A stretch of DNA of 64,000 nucleotides from the human T2T-CHM13v2.0 reference genome, Homo sapiens (GCF_009914755.1 NC_060945.1), one strand, 5' to 3'; shown: positions 14,892 to 28,274, counted from the first letter of the stretch. Notes: a model not told the origin generated them from the sequence alone. Program-made: numbers and translations.

Positions 14892-15164
14892 AGTTGGGCA
14901 TGGTGGTTCACACCTATAATCCCAGCTCTTTGGGAGGCAGAAACAGGACAATCCCTTGAATCCAGGAGTTTGAGAACAGACTGGGCATGATGACAAGACT
15001 CTGTCTCTACAAAAAACTTTAAAAAAATTTAGCTGGGTGGTGTGGCACATACTTGTAGTCCTAGATACTCAGGAGGCTGAGGCAGGAGGATCCCTTGATC
15101 CCAAGAGTTCGCGGCTACACGGAGCTATGATTGTGCCCCTGCGCTCCAGCCTGGGTAACAGAGA
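14892..15164 (+). mobile_element. AluJ, 3' end/tail missing
   Basis: J diagnostics 'ggaggatcccttgatcccaagagttcgcggctacacggagctatgattgtgcc'. Confidence 0.9.
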
Positions 15165-15307
15165 AATAGTAAAACACAAAGATTTACCAGTGCATCCCAC
15201 CAACCTGGGGGAGGCAACAAGGTTATCTTTTTACAATAAGGGATACAATTTGGATTTAAGAAAACAATTATTGAAATCACTTATTAAAAGAAGACTGCTT
15301 GCCACAC

Positions 15308-17287
15308 TGTTTCTTAGTCTGCCATAATAAAATACCATAGATTGTCTGGCTTAAACAATAGAAATTTATTTTTATTTGACATTTCTGGAGGCTGGGAAGT
15401 CCAAGATCAAACACTTTCTGGTGAGGGTTCTCCTCCTGACTTGCAGATAGCTGCCTTCTTGCAGTGCCTTCACCAGGTATAGAGAGAAGGAGAGCAACAT
15501 ATCTGGTGTCTTTTTTCAAAAGGACTCTAATCCAATCAGATCAGTGCCCTGCCCTTGTGACCTCTTTTAACCTTAATTACTTCCATACACCAAATACAGT
15601 CACACTGAGGACAGGGTTCCAACTTATGAATTTTGAAGGGGACATAATTCAGTGCCTACCATTTCATCCCTGGCCCTCCAAAATTTATGACTTTAGTCAG
15701 ATGCAAAATTAGTGCATTCCACTCCAACAGCTACCAAAATCTTAAGTTTTTCCAGAATCGATTCTAAATTCCAACATCTCTTCTAAATATAATCTACATC
15801 AGATATAAGTGAGACTTGAAATACACTTTATTCCTGGGCAAAACATCTGCTCCAGTTGTGAACCTATGAAATCAGAAAAGTTATGTACACAATGATGAGA
15901 CATGCATGGGAAAGACATCCCCATTCCAAAAGGGAGAAATATAAAAGAAGGAAGGGAGACAGGTCCCAATCAAGTCCAAGACCTATCAAGGCAAATTTCA
16001 TTAGATGTTAAGGCACAAGACTCATCTTATTTGTCTTGATTTTCTGCCTTACAGGCCCACTGGGCTGGGAACATCTGCCTCACACCTCTGCAGGGCAGCC
16101 CTGCCTCCAAGATCCTCTGCTAAGTCTCCACCCTCTAAAACTGAGGAGGATACAGCCTTGAGCCATGTGCCTGAGGTGGGAGTGGCAGCCCTGAGGCTTT
16201 CTGAATTGCCTTAGGCACTGATTCTTCCCTTTTTTTTTGAAGAATACACACTTTCAAAATCAAATAGACTTATGGGCCTGTTACAGATTCTTCCTGTAGA
16301 ACCCAACAAGCTCAACATGCTTGCTTGCTTCATTCCATTCTGCTTTCTCCCTTAGTTCAAATTGGCAATGTCTCTGCTAATATAATCCCATCTCTCTTCT
16401 TAGATTCTGCTGTTGAAATAATTGATTAAATCTATTCATGATCTCTTTTTCAAATGGTTGTTTAGCCACACCATTAGTGTCCTCTTCAAAGAAAACTTTC
16501 TCTCTTCTTATTCTTTTTTTTTTTTTTTAATTTGCAATATGGTTAGACTGAGAATTTTCCAAATCTCAGAGTTCTGGTTTATTTATGCTAACAATTTCTT
16601 CTTCGATTTATCTCTGTCTTTTCACACTTGGTATTAGCAGCAGGGAGGACAAAAGCCACTCATTCAATACTTTGCTTAGAAATCTCACCACAGGTTTTCT
16701 TTCCACAAAACACCACAACTCAATTCAGCTAAGTTCTTTGCCACTTTATAACAAAAATTGTTCTTCCTCTAGTTTCTAATAACTTGATACTTTATTTCAT
16801 CTGTGATCTCACCCATATTTCTAGTATGCACTTCAACACTCTTCCAATCTCTACCCATTATCCATTTCCAACACTACTTTCACATTTTTAGGTACTTTTT
16901 ACAATAGAATCCCACTGCTGGTACCAAAATTATTCTTACTCAGCTTGGGCTTCCATAATAAACTACCATATACTGGGCGACTTAAACAACAGAAATGTAT
17001 TTTTTTTATCCCACAGCTCTGGAGGCTGGGAACTCCAAGATCAAGGTACCAGTCAAATCAGTTTCTACTGAAGGCTCTCTTTCTGGTTTGCAGATGGCTG
17101 TCTTCTCACTGTGTCTTCTTATGGCAGAGAGAAAGTGTCTTTTATCATAAAGACAATAATCCCATTAGGTCAGGCCCCACCCTTAGGACATCTTTAATAT
17201 TAATTGCTTCCTTACTCCAAAGATAGTCAAATGGAAGATAGGACTTCAATTTATAAATGTAGAGAGGACACCATTCAGTTTATAGAA
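15308..17287 (-). mobile_element. Two-LTR MLT1A-like MaLR provirus (LTRs ~15308-15661 and ~16931-17287, internal region between)
   Basis: Two similar ~350-bp LTRs in direct orientation; MaLR internal termini 'ttcatccctggccctccaaaatttatg' and PBS-side 'cccactgctggtaccaaaat'. Confidence 0.85.
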
Positions 17288-17681
17288 TCATGATCTCTTA
17301 TTTAGCTACATCTCCTTGACTTTTAATCTTTAGCTTGATATATAAGCACAATATAATAACTACTCTACCACTTGGAGCAATGAATTGCTCAATCTCACAT
17401 GACACTCTGAGAAGCTTATGGTGTGAATTTCAGAACAATCTGTCTGGGGGGAAGAAAGGAGAATGCGTTAATGTATTGACTTTCTTCCCACTCTCCTTCC
17501 CATGGGTCTTCCATATGGCAGTTCCTGGAAAGTCCCTGTGAGAAGTTGAAAATGAGATGCTGCCAGGTTGTGTCCATGTAAATTGGATAGAGCATGACTG
17601 GAACTTAGCATAGCAGTAGCTCAAATAGAAGGTGAATCTGAGAGTCTTTGAACTGGTGACCAAAAAATGAGTGATTCAGGC

Positions 17682-18135
17682 TGTTACAAATTTAAAATGG
17701 CCACAGATCCTTTTACACCCCTCCCACTGAAAGCAAGTGGTCTATGTTCCTTCTTTTTGAATCTGGGAAATTCCATAATGGATTATGGGAGAATGGAGGC
17801 TGTGCCAAGTTTCAGGTTTAGTCTTTAAAAGATTGTCAGTTTCTAGTGGGTTCTGTTTGTTGGAATACTAGTTTTTGAAAACCAGTTATCAGGCTGTGGA
17901 AAGTTCAAGTGATGTGAAGAAACCACATGTAGACAATTTGGACATTATTTCCAGCTAAACTCCCAGCCAAAGCCCACATCAACTGCCAGGCAACTGATTG
18001 TGCTATGCTGGGACATCCAACCCAATTCCAGCTGTCATCTGATAGCAGCTACACACAAGAATCCGTGAGAATGCCCATCAGAGGCTACTCAACCCATTAG
18101 ACTGTGAGAGATAAAAATAAATCATTGTCTTGTGT
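17682..18135 (+). mobile_element. MLT1H/G-like LTR
   Basis: 'aaaatggccacagatccttttacacccctcccactgaaag..gtctatgttcc..ttgaatctggg' and 'actgtgagagataaaaataaatcattg'. Confidence 0.75.
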
Positions 18136-19522
18136 CACAAGATAAGGGCATAAAATTGACATGGTATAAATTATTATATTAAATACTCAACAGTAGGAGT
18201 TTATTGATAATCAAAGTGGTTTTTACTTTACTTATTAACACTTTTATACTATTATTGCAGCTTATTTTGAGAGAAATGTCAGTGTATTCTGAGCTGTCTT
18301 TTTATGTTTTGTTTATATTTGCTTTGATGCACATACATAGTGAAGTTATTAGCACAAAGATGTGTTAATTAAAGATAATTAACATATCTATTATCTCACA
18401 TAGTTATCCAATCTATTGAGGACAAAGTTTTTGTCTAATTTTTAAATTCATTTTTTTATATCACTATTGCCTGTCACCAATATTGGCACAGATTAGACAT
18501 TTAAGGTGAATATCTTAAAAAAGGTAAAAGTTTACGACAATGTAATAGTATTTGAGAGGAAAAACAGAAGACCAGTTAGCGAGGAGGCCGTGAAAAATTC
18601 AAACCCTGACTATCCAATCTTTGTTTATAATAAATTGGTGAATTTTTCTCCTAAGATATGAACTAATCTCTTTGTAATTTCCTGATCGTAATCAGTAGTT
18701 AAAAATCTACTCTGTGAATTACAGATTGTTCAGACAAACAATTCAATTTGCCCACATTTTCTCTAGGCATGACTAAATTAGGGGGCATTCCGACTGCAAA
18801 CCAGTTTTATCCAAACTACCCATAATGTGACCATTGTTTTGCTAGTGACTTTAACAATAAGATGCATTATACAAATATTTTAAAATTTCAGTTATGCAAC
18901 CCATTATTATTGCTTTCAGCTACATTTACATAACATGAGTAGGGAACTAGGATATAACCCACAAAATGACCTAGGGCATTGACTGAATGTTAAAATCATC
19001 AATGAATGTTGTCCTCCAAACTGATTAAGATAATATTTTTGATGTTTTTAATATTTTCCTGAATAAGTTTTTAACCACTGTCCCTTTATACATATAAGCA
19101 TTTCTCTATTTTGTTAAATATTTGTATTTAATTAAATATGTATTTTGTTACCATATTTTTATTTATGTTTCCAAAAGGCACATAAAAAATTATCATATTA
19201 ATTACATGTAATGTTGCTTTTTAATGATTTATTCTGCTCAATGAAATGAATATCATCTTCATAATAAAGTGTTGCCTAACATTCTATTTTAGGGACTACA
19301 GAAATGGGGAACATAGCTTCCTTTTAAAATAGAAAAAAGGCCACATTTTAGAAAGTGCATTACTAGGACATTAATTATAGTCTATGAAAGTTTGTAATGC
19401 TAATTTCATAATAAAGTCTTTCTTCACTGACATTGACATTCACATTAATGATCATTCTTTTATTTACTATGATAGCGTAAGGGCACTGTAGAATCCAGTT
19501 TAAGTCACATACACATGTGCAA

Positions 19523-19546
19523 ACACACACACACACACATACACAC
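19523..19546 (+). repeat. Short imperfect (CA)n
   Basis: Direct reading. Confidence 0.85.
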
Positions 19547-21417
19547 TCAAGAGCGTTCTCAGCAGGCATTGATTATACAAAAAGACATATGCTCTCACAT
19601 CTTTCTGTGTTCCTGATCCTGGAAAGATTGATCAAAGAAGATCCTCTTCTACTTTAAAAGCCAAGGTCCTTTCCAGATTTCCTTCCGCTTTCTTTCCAGT
19701 AGTTGTCAGGGCCTTAGAAATTGTAACTCCTCTAAGCATTAATGCCCCGCACAGTAGCACCTCTGTAAGACAGCAGATGCTGCTTTGAGAGAAGGTACCC
19801 TAATGTTACGCCAGAGCCTAATATTGATAGATAAACTCTATAATTATAAAATAATTATGTGAAAGTGGAGTGTTGCTGAATTTTGCATGTTGTATTATTT
19901 AATAATGTTTTACTATCATTTTGTCATTCAAGTAAAAGTCTCATTTTTCCAGGAATATTTTGCTGCTACATTTTCACCATTGAGAAGCAAAACAAAAACA
20001 AAACAAAACAAAAAAACAGCGAAACAATGCTCATAGTTCTTAAGAAAAGAAACTTTGTAGGTTAGTATCTAGGCATAATTGAGAATTATGATCATAATGA
20101 AACAACTACTAGCCTTTCAGAAAAGGTTAAAAGCTATACATGTTTGAGAAAAATACCTTTGCTCATTATAATACCTGGTACATCATGTTATAATTAAGAT
20201 TGTGTCACTCTTTCCATTATAAATCACTATTTTAAAGACTCATAAAGCAGCTGTAAAAATGAGCTCCAGGCTCAACTTGGCATGTAAAATATTAACCCAA
20301 GAGAATTTATGTTTTTTATTTTTATTTTACTTTTGTACAAAACTGTCTTTCAGGCCTTCTTAAAATAAAGCAAAATTTCAAGTAGATTTTTTCTTTCAGG
20401 TGCCTTTTTGGCACTTCATAAATCAAAACCAGTCTTGCTTGTTAAAAACCAAATCTTGCAAGCACTTGGTGAATTAGGAGAGGTAATCATTTTGAGTGCT
20501 TCAAATGACTCTTTTAAAAGTGCCTTAAATATTTTAAACATTACATGTGATCACTAAATATCTGAAGAGTTTTATAAGCCACCTACCAGGAAAATTTTTG
20601 CTTCTTTCCTTTCCAGATGGCATTAAAAACATTAATGATGCCAAAGTATAGTGTAAGACACTTTGCTATTATTGGTGTGATTCACTATTTCAGAATTTAG
20701 TTTCCATAAGACAGCTCCCTATGGCAAGCCATTCCAGCCTAATAATCCCCTTGTGTAATATTGTCTACCTGTGCCCACCAAGTGTGCACAGTGCTTCACT
20801 TGGCTGATATGCACTTGCTACATACACCCTGAAAGTTCAACCAATTGCATATCTAGAGTAGAATTTTTACAATATTCTCACCATTACAAAGAATATACTT
20901 TGTCACCAATGCATATAGACTAAATATAAATCCAGAGTTCATTTGGCTGAGCAAGACTCAACTGCAGAAGCAATTGAATAGTTAACATGTAAAAATTATA
21001 CACTATATAGAGCCAATAGCTAAGACATTCTATATGTCTAGATGAGGTCCTTTTTAATATGAGTTTTTTTTTCATCTCAAGTAGAAGTCTAATCCACTCT
21101 GAAGGTGAGAAAACTGATTTTTTCAGTGGGTTCTTGTCTGCATTGATATCTATCTTTCAAACCTGAAGAGAAAATGCACAAAGTTGGCTGATATTAGATG
21201 TCAAAATCATTTTAAGTTAAATAAATTTGCTTATGGTTTAGATATTTAAACACTTGAATTTAGGTCATTATCTGTGGTCATTAACAGAATTCCTTTTGTT
21301 AAGTGAGTCTTATTGTTCAGGTCCATGGATTATCTATACTTGTTGCACTCTTCCCAAGCACAAAACGCTTTTCTAAATGTTTTCGATTATATTCTTTCAT
21401 TTAATTCTCACAGCAGT

Positions 21418-22776
21418 TGATATGGTTAGGCTTTGTGTTCACACCCAAGGCTCATCTTGAATTGTAATTCCCAGGTGTTGAGGGAGAGACCTGGTGGGAG
21501 GTGATTGGCTCATGGGGGCAGTTTCCCTCATGCTGTTCTTATGGTAGTGACAGAATTCTCACATGATCTGATGGGTTTCATTTTTTTTTTTTTTTTTTTT
21601 TTTTTTTTGAGATGGAGTCTCGCTCTATCGCCAAGGCTGGAGTACAGTGGTGTGATCTCGGCTCACTGCAAGCTCTGCCTCCCAGGTTCACGCCATTCTC
21701 CTGCCTCAGCCTGCTGAGTAGCTGGGACTACAGGCGCCCACCACTGCGTCCAGCTAATTTTTTGTATTTTTAGTAGAGATGGGGTTTTACCATGTTAGCC
21801 AGGATGGTCTCAATCTCCTGACCTTGTGATCCGCCCGCCTCGGCCTCCCAAAGTGCTGGGATTTATAAGGGGCACTTTCCTCTTCACTTGTTTCACACAC
21901 TCCCTCCTGCTGCCTTGTGAAGAAAGTGCCTACTTCCCCCTCACCTTCCACCATGATGGTAAGTTTCCTGAGGCCTCCTAGCCATGCTTCCTGTTAAGCC
22001 TGCAGAACTGTGAGTGAATTAAACCTCCTTTGTAAGATACCCAGTCTCAGGTAGTATCTTTATAGCAGTGTGAGAACAGACTAATACAGTAAATTGGTAC
22101 CAGGAGTGGGGTACTGCTATAAAGATATCTGAAAACATGGTAGCAACTTTGCAATTGGGTAACAGGAAGAGGTTGGAACAGTTTGAAGGGATCAGAAGAA
22201 GACAGGAAGATGTGGGAAACTTTGGAACTTCCTAGAGACTCGTTGAATGGTTTTGACCAAAGTGCTGACAGTGATATGGACGATGAAGTTCAGGCTGAGG
22301 TGGTCTCAGATGGAGATGAGGAACTCACTGGGAACTGGAGCAAAGGTCACTCTTGCTATGCTTTAGCAAAGAAACTGGCAGCATTTTGCCTCTGTTCAAG
22401 AGATCTATGGAACTTTGAACTTGAGAGAGATGATTTGAGACTTGAACTTGTATTTAAAGGGAAGCAGAGCCTAAAAGTTCAGAATATTTGCAGCCTGACA
22501 ATGCAATAGAAAAAAAGAAAAAGCGTCATTTTCTGAGGGGAATTTCCAGCCAGCTGCAGAGATTTGCAAAAGTAATGAGGACCCAAATGTTAATTGACTA
22601 GACAATGGGGAAAATGCCTCCAGGGAATGTCAGAGATCTTGGCAGCAGCCTTTCATCACAGGCCCAGAGGCCTAGGAGGAAAAAATAGTTTCATAAGCTG
22701 GGCCCAGGGCACTCCCTACTCTGCGCAACCTCAAGACTTGGTACCCTATAGCCTAGCCATGGATTAAAGGGGCCAA
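21418..22776 (+). mobile_element. THE1D/MSTA-like 5' LTR (21418-22088, AluY inserted) plus 3'-truncated internal region
   Basis: tgatatgg...ctaataca LTR followed by 'gtaaattggtaccaggagtggg'; ORF 22183-22509 is the MaLR internal ORF remnant; no second LTR. Confidence 0.9.
21581..21863 (-). mobile_element. AluY lacking ~26 nt at its 5' end, inside the LTR
   Basis: AluY diagnostics 'gcaagctctgcctcccaggttcacgccattc', 'ttagccaggatggtctc'; T28 tail; no TSD visible. Confidence 0.93.
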
Positions 22777-23264
22777 CACACTACAGGCACTATTCTAGTA
22801 TCATTATTCTCTGCATCAAGCATCTGGAAACCCTCCTGCATAGTCGATGGCTTGAGCACAAGAATTTTCAGGAAGTTGCTGCAGGAATGCTGCAGCAACA
22901 TGTCTCACCAGAGTTTGTTACACTGTTGGTACAAGATTCAGGGGCATCCTTTATATATTTTAACTAAAACACATTGCTTGAAAACTCTTCTAAAACCATC
23001 AATAAGAACTATTTAAATTTTCTACCTGTCCATCAGTAAAGTATTAATGTGGATATGATGGCTGAGGCTTCATGCGTCTCGGGTTTCTGATATAATACTA
23101 ATTGATGGTCTTTAGATCTAAATTCCTGAGTAGACAACTGATTACTCTAGCATTTCAATTTAAATTAATAAGCACAGATAAAATCCCTGTGTCCATGCCA
23201 ATGTATTTACAATTGAAGACCTCACAACCAATTAGTATTTGAGGTGGAATCCCAAATTACTTAG

Positions 23265-23450
23265 CTTAGGAATTTTATGCTGAAGGCCATGGAGAGCTAT
23301 GAAAGAGCTTTGCTAAAGTTGTCACATAATCAGAGTTTCCCCTTAAAAAGATCACTCAGGTTGCATGAAGGCAACATGCAGGAAGATTGCAAGAATAGAT
23401 GATAGGAAACTACTATCATCAGAAAGCAGCCCAGGCAAAAGATGGACATG
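23265..23450 (-). mobile_element. L2 fragment
   Basis: 'ggccatggagagctatgaaagagc..cacataatcagagtttccccttaaaagatcactcagg' resembles antisense L2. Confidence 0.65.
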
Positions 23451-25189
23451 GATAAGTCCATTAAAAGAGATGTGTTCTACGCCTCATCCCACTATAGTTT
23501 ACTTTTAACACTTTCTAGTGCCAGTCATATAGATAAAAATGATTAAACAGTATTTGGGTCTTCAGAAGAAATCAGAATTTTTTAAAGGCAAAAATACTCT
23601 ACCTATTTTAGATATATTTCACTAAAGTACACACAAAAATAAATTATGCAGAAATAATTTAAAGTTAGAGTAAACAACTTGTGGCTCTTTAAGAAACTGT
23701 GACTCAGTGGTAACAGAGAGAAATAGACAATAAGTATAAAATCATTAATTAGGCCATAGAGCTAGAAGGGAACCTTAGGGCCAGTCTATACCTTCATGTT
23801 TTATTAAATTCTAAGTGCTCAGCCCACTATTATTTTCAGTAATAGAAAGTTTGGATTTTGATTATTTGTTTACTGTGTAACTCCTAGGACTCATTAAAAA
23901 ATCTCAGAAACTTTATCATGTTTGAAGTAAATAAAAGTGTATTTTCAATGACTTTATTAAACTTAGGTATCTAATTTCCATTTTCTACCAAAAAATACAG
24001 ACATACGAAAATGAGGGGTACAACTTCATGCCACGCGTTACCAGCTTAAAAGCACTTGGAAAGACTTGCTTTACTTATACTGTCTTTATCATGGAACAAA
24101 AACAAATGAGTCAGTTATGTCCCTATCAACACACTATAAATCTTTGATGTCTATACAATGCCACATTAAAGTACAAGAAGCTCTACTGTCAGTGTCTAAC
24201 TACCAAATAAACTTGACAGTCAGGAAATACAGAAAGCAAACTTGGGAAATACAACACAGTCAATCTGTATCTGGGATGATACAGTGTTTTCATTTGGTAA
24301 AAGATAACATATGGCTCATGCAGTCTTTGAGGGTGATGTCACTGTGTATATACCCTGCCAACATCTCTAATGTTATAAACTTAGGGGCCAAGTAATTGTA
24401 CTAGAGAAGTAAGGCAAATAAATATGTTGGGTTAACCAAAGGGAATGAAACATAGGTTTAGATTTTCCTAGTTATGAGTTAACATGCTTCTCCAGAAGAT
24501 AAGGTAGAAAAAAATATCTGGGTTTAGAGTATTGAGTCCAAGACACTGAGAACACACAAGGCTCATAATAGTACAGACGTGAAGGAAGAGAAGCAATGAG
24601 TTATCACAGTCAGTAAAATTTATATGCAGCCAAATACAGAACCTGATGTGTTTTCCTCCTTTCTAGGAGGACAGATTACAGCCCTGGCAATGTAGTCATC
24701 TATACAAGAAAGAATAGATGCAATTAATTCTGTATGTTCACAATAAGCATGAGAACACATAGATTTAAACCTATAAATAATTCAAATTGTAATTTGTTTT
24801 AGCAAGAATATGTAACATTTGGGCAACCAAAGCTAATCAGACAGAGACCGACGTTGCCCATACCTGGCGCAATTCCTCCATAACTGTCATTTTGGTTTTA
24901 TTTTTTCCACTCCATTTTAAGGATTTCCTTGTAAATTAAATTTTGATATTGCTTTAAAATATTAAAGAAGGAAGACAGTGAGTTAGATTAACCATCTTGT
25001 ATGCTTCAACTTCTTGACCACCTGGAAGTGATTCTGGGATACATATTTCCCCGAAGGCTCAGTCTAAAATACAAACTCAAACATTATCTACACAGAAAAC
25101 ATATATTCGTTAATGAGAAGGATAGAGAACTCTTCTAATTTTCATTTCTGCTACTCAGAGACAGTTCAAACTTGATTAACCATGAGGCA

Positions 25190-25405
25190 ATATAATACTG
25201 TGCTTGAAGCAAAGCTGTGTTTAAATCCCAGCTCTGTTTTTATTGGCTGTTTCAGCTTGGACAAGTTAATGTCCCCATCTTTAAAATATGAGGAATAGTA
25301 GTCCTTACTTTATAGAGATGGTTAAGGATTAAGTGAACTATTATTTAAAAGGTTTCAAATAGTGTTTGGCTCCTAGTAAGTACTATGTAAGTATTTATTT
25401 TAATT
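25190..25405 (+). mobile_element. MIR
   Basis: 'tttaaatcccagctctg..ttggacaagtta..ccccatctttaaaat..aggattaagtga..tagtaagtact'. Confidence 0.75.
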
Positions 25406-25554
25406 TTAAAAATTGAGAGCATTTCCTCTCAGAGAGCTATTATGTATTGTGATGATTAATTTTGTGTGTCAACTTAGCTAGACTATTTTGCCCAGTTTTT
25501 TGATCAAGTACCATTGTAGATGTTGTTGTGAAGGCACTTTTAAAGATGTGATTA

Positions 25555-27374
25555 GTTCTAGATCCTTGAGGAATTGCCACACTGTCTTCCACAATGAACT
25601 AATTTACACTCCCAATAACAGTGTAAAAGCATTCCTATTTCTCCAAATCGTCTCCAGCATCTGTTGTTTCCTGACTTTTTAATGATCGCCATTCTAACTG
25701 GCATGAGATGGTATCTCATTGCGGTTTTCATTTGCATTTCTCTGATGGCCAGTGATGATGAGCATTTTTTCACGTGTCTCTTGGCTGCATAAATGTCGCC
25801 TTTTGAGAAGTGTCTGTTCATATCCTTTGCCCACTTTTTGATGGAGTTGTTTGTTTTTTTCTTGTAAATTTGTTTAAGTTCTTTGTAGATTCTGGATATT
25901 AGCCTTTTGTCAGATGGGTAGATTGTAAAAATTTTCTCCCATTCTGTAGGTTGCCTGTTCACTCTGAAGGTAGTTTCTTTTGCGTGCAGAAGCTCTTTAG
26001 TTTAATTAGACCCCATTTGTCTATTTTGGCTTTTGTTGCCATTGCTTTTGGTGTTTTAGTCATGAAGTCTTTGTCCATACCTATGTCCTGAATGGTATTG
26101 CCTAGGTTTTCTTCTTGGGTTTTTATGGTTCTAGGTCTTACATTTAAGTTTTTAATCCATCTTGAGTTAATTTTTGTATACAGTGTAAGGAAGGGATCCA
26201 GGTCTAGCTTTCTACAAATGGCTAGAAAGTTTTCCCAGCACCATTTATTAAATAGGGAATCCTTTCCCCATTGCTTTTTTTTGTCAGGTTTGTCAAAGAT
26301 CAGATGGTTGTAGATGTGTAGTGTTATTTCTGAGGCCTCTGTTCTGTTCCATTGGTCTACATATCTGTTTTGGTACCAGTACCATGCTGTTTTGGTTATT
26401 GTAGCCTTGTAGTATAGTTTGAAGTCAGGCAGCATGATGCCTCCAACTTCGTTCTTTTTGCTTAGGCTTGTCTTGGCTATGCAGGCTCTTTCTTGGTTCC
26501 ATATGAACTTTATAGCAGTTTTTTCCAATTCTGTGAAGAAAGTCATTGGTAGCTTGATGGGGATGGCATTGAATCTATAAATTACCTTGGGCAGTATGGC
26601 CATTTTCATGATATTGATTCTTCCTATCCATGAGCATGGAATGTTCTTCCATTTGTTTGTGTCCTCTTTTATTTTGTTGAACAGTGGTTTGTAGTTTTCC
26701 TTGAAAAGGTGCTTCGCATTCCTTGTAAGTTGGATTCCTAGATATTTTATTCTCTTTGTAGCAATTGTGAATGGGAGCTAACTCATGATTTGGCTCTCTG
26801 TTTATCTGTTATTGGTGTATAGGAATGCTTTTGATTTTTGCTAGAAATACCATTTGACCAAGTGATCCCACTACTGAGTGTATACCCAAGGGTTTATAAA
26901 TCATGCCTCTATAAAGACACATGCACACGTATGTTTTTTGTGGCACCATTCACAATAGCAAAGACTTGGAACCAACCCAAATGTCCATCAATGATAGACT
27001 GGATTAAGAAAATATAGCACATATACACCATGGAATACTATGCAGCCATAAAAAAGGATGAGTTCATGTCCTTTGCAGGGACATGAATGAAGCTGGAAAC
27101 CATCATTTTCAGCAAACTATTGCAGGGACAGAAGGCCAAACACTGCATGTTTGCACTCATAGGTGGGAATTGAACAATGAGAACACATGAACACAGGGCA
27201 GGGAGCATCACACACTGGGGCCTTTCGGGGAGTGGGGGGCTGCAGGAGGGATAGCATTAGGAAAAATACCTAATGTAAATGATGAGTTGATGGGTGCAGC
27301 AAGCCAACATGGCATATGTATACCTATGTAACAAACCTGCACATTGTGCACATGTACCCTAGAACTTAAAGTAA

Positions 27375-27424
<50 letters not shown>
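25555..27424 (+). mobile_element. 5'-truncated, 5'-inverted L1PA (PA5-7-like): inverted part 25555-26840, sense part 26841-27378, (TA)n tail
   Basis: ORFs 25558-25962 and 25959-26609 (-) are L1 ORF2 C-terminal; the sense segment carries the ORF2 end and 3' UTR; TSD gatgtgatta at 25545-25554 and 27425-27434. Confidence 0.95.
27379..27424 (+). repeat. (AT)n replacing the L1 poly(A) tail
   Basis: Direct reading, inside the TSD bracket. Confidence 0.95.
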
Positions 27425-27428
<4 letters not shown>

Positions 27429-27477
27429 TGATTAATATTTAAATTAGTAGACTTTGAGTAAGTAATATTATTCTCCA

Positions 27478-27799
<322 letters not shown>

Positions 27800-27960
27800 T
27801 CAGCTGAAAGCCTTTAGAGCAAAGACAGGTCTCTGAAGAAGTAATTTTGCCTAAGGACTGCATTTCCAGCAGGCTTGCTCTTTCTTGTGGAATTTGGACT
27901 CAAAACTGCATTATTAACTCTTACCTGAATTTCTAGTCTGCTGACTTATCCTATTAAAAT

Positions 27961-28260
27961 CTCTATCTCTGTCTCTCTCTCTCTCTCTCTCTCTATGTGT
28001 ATATATATATAGACTTATAGATATCTATATATACACACACTATATATACGTTCTATATGTACAAGATAATATACTACATATAATATACAAGATAATATAT
28101 TATATATATAATTATCTCTCCATATATCTCTCCATATATCTCTCCATATATTATATATATAATTATCTCTCCAGATATATCTCTGTATATATCTCCATAT
28201 ATGATATCATATATATGATATCATATATCATAATATATATGATAATATACATATTATCAT
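27961..28260. repeat. (TC)n/(TA)n-derived low-complexity tract with internal direct repeats and palindromes
   Basis: Direct reading. Confidence 0.9.
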
Positions 28261-28274
28261 TTTTCAATTGATCT

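Noticed and set aside
22183-22509. Acidic 108-aa ORF
   Set aside because: Remnant of the known MaLR internal ORF; non-ATG start, frameshifted and truncated downstream
25558-26609. 216-aa and 134-aa ORFs as a gene
   Set aside because: Frameshifted L1 ORF2 C-terminal fragments in the inverted L1 segment
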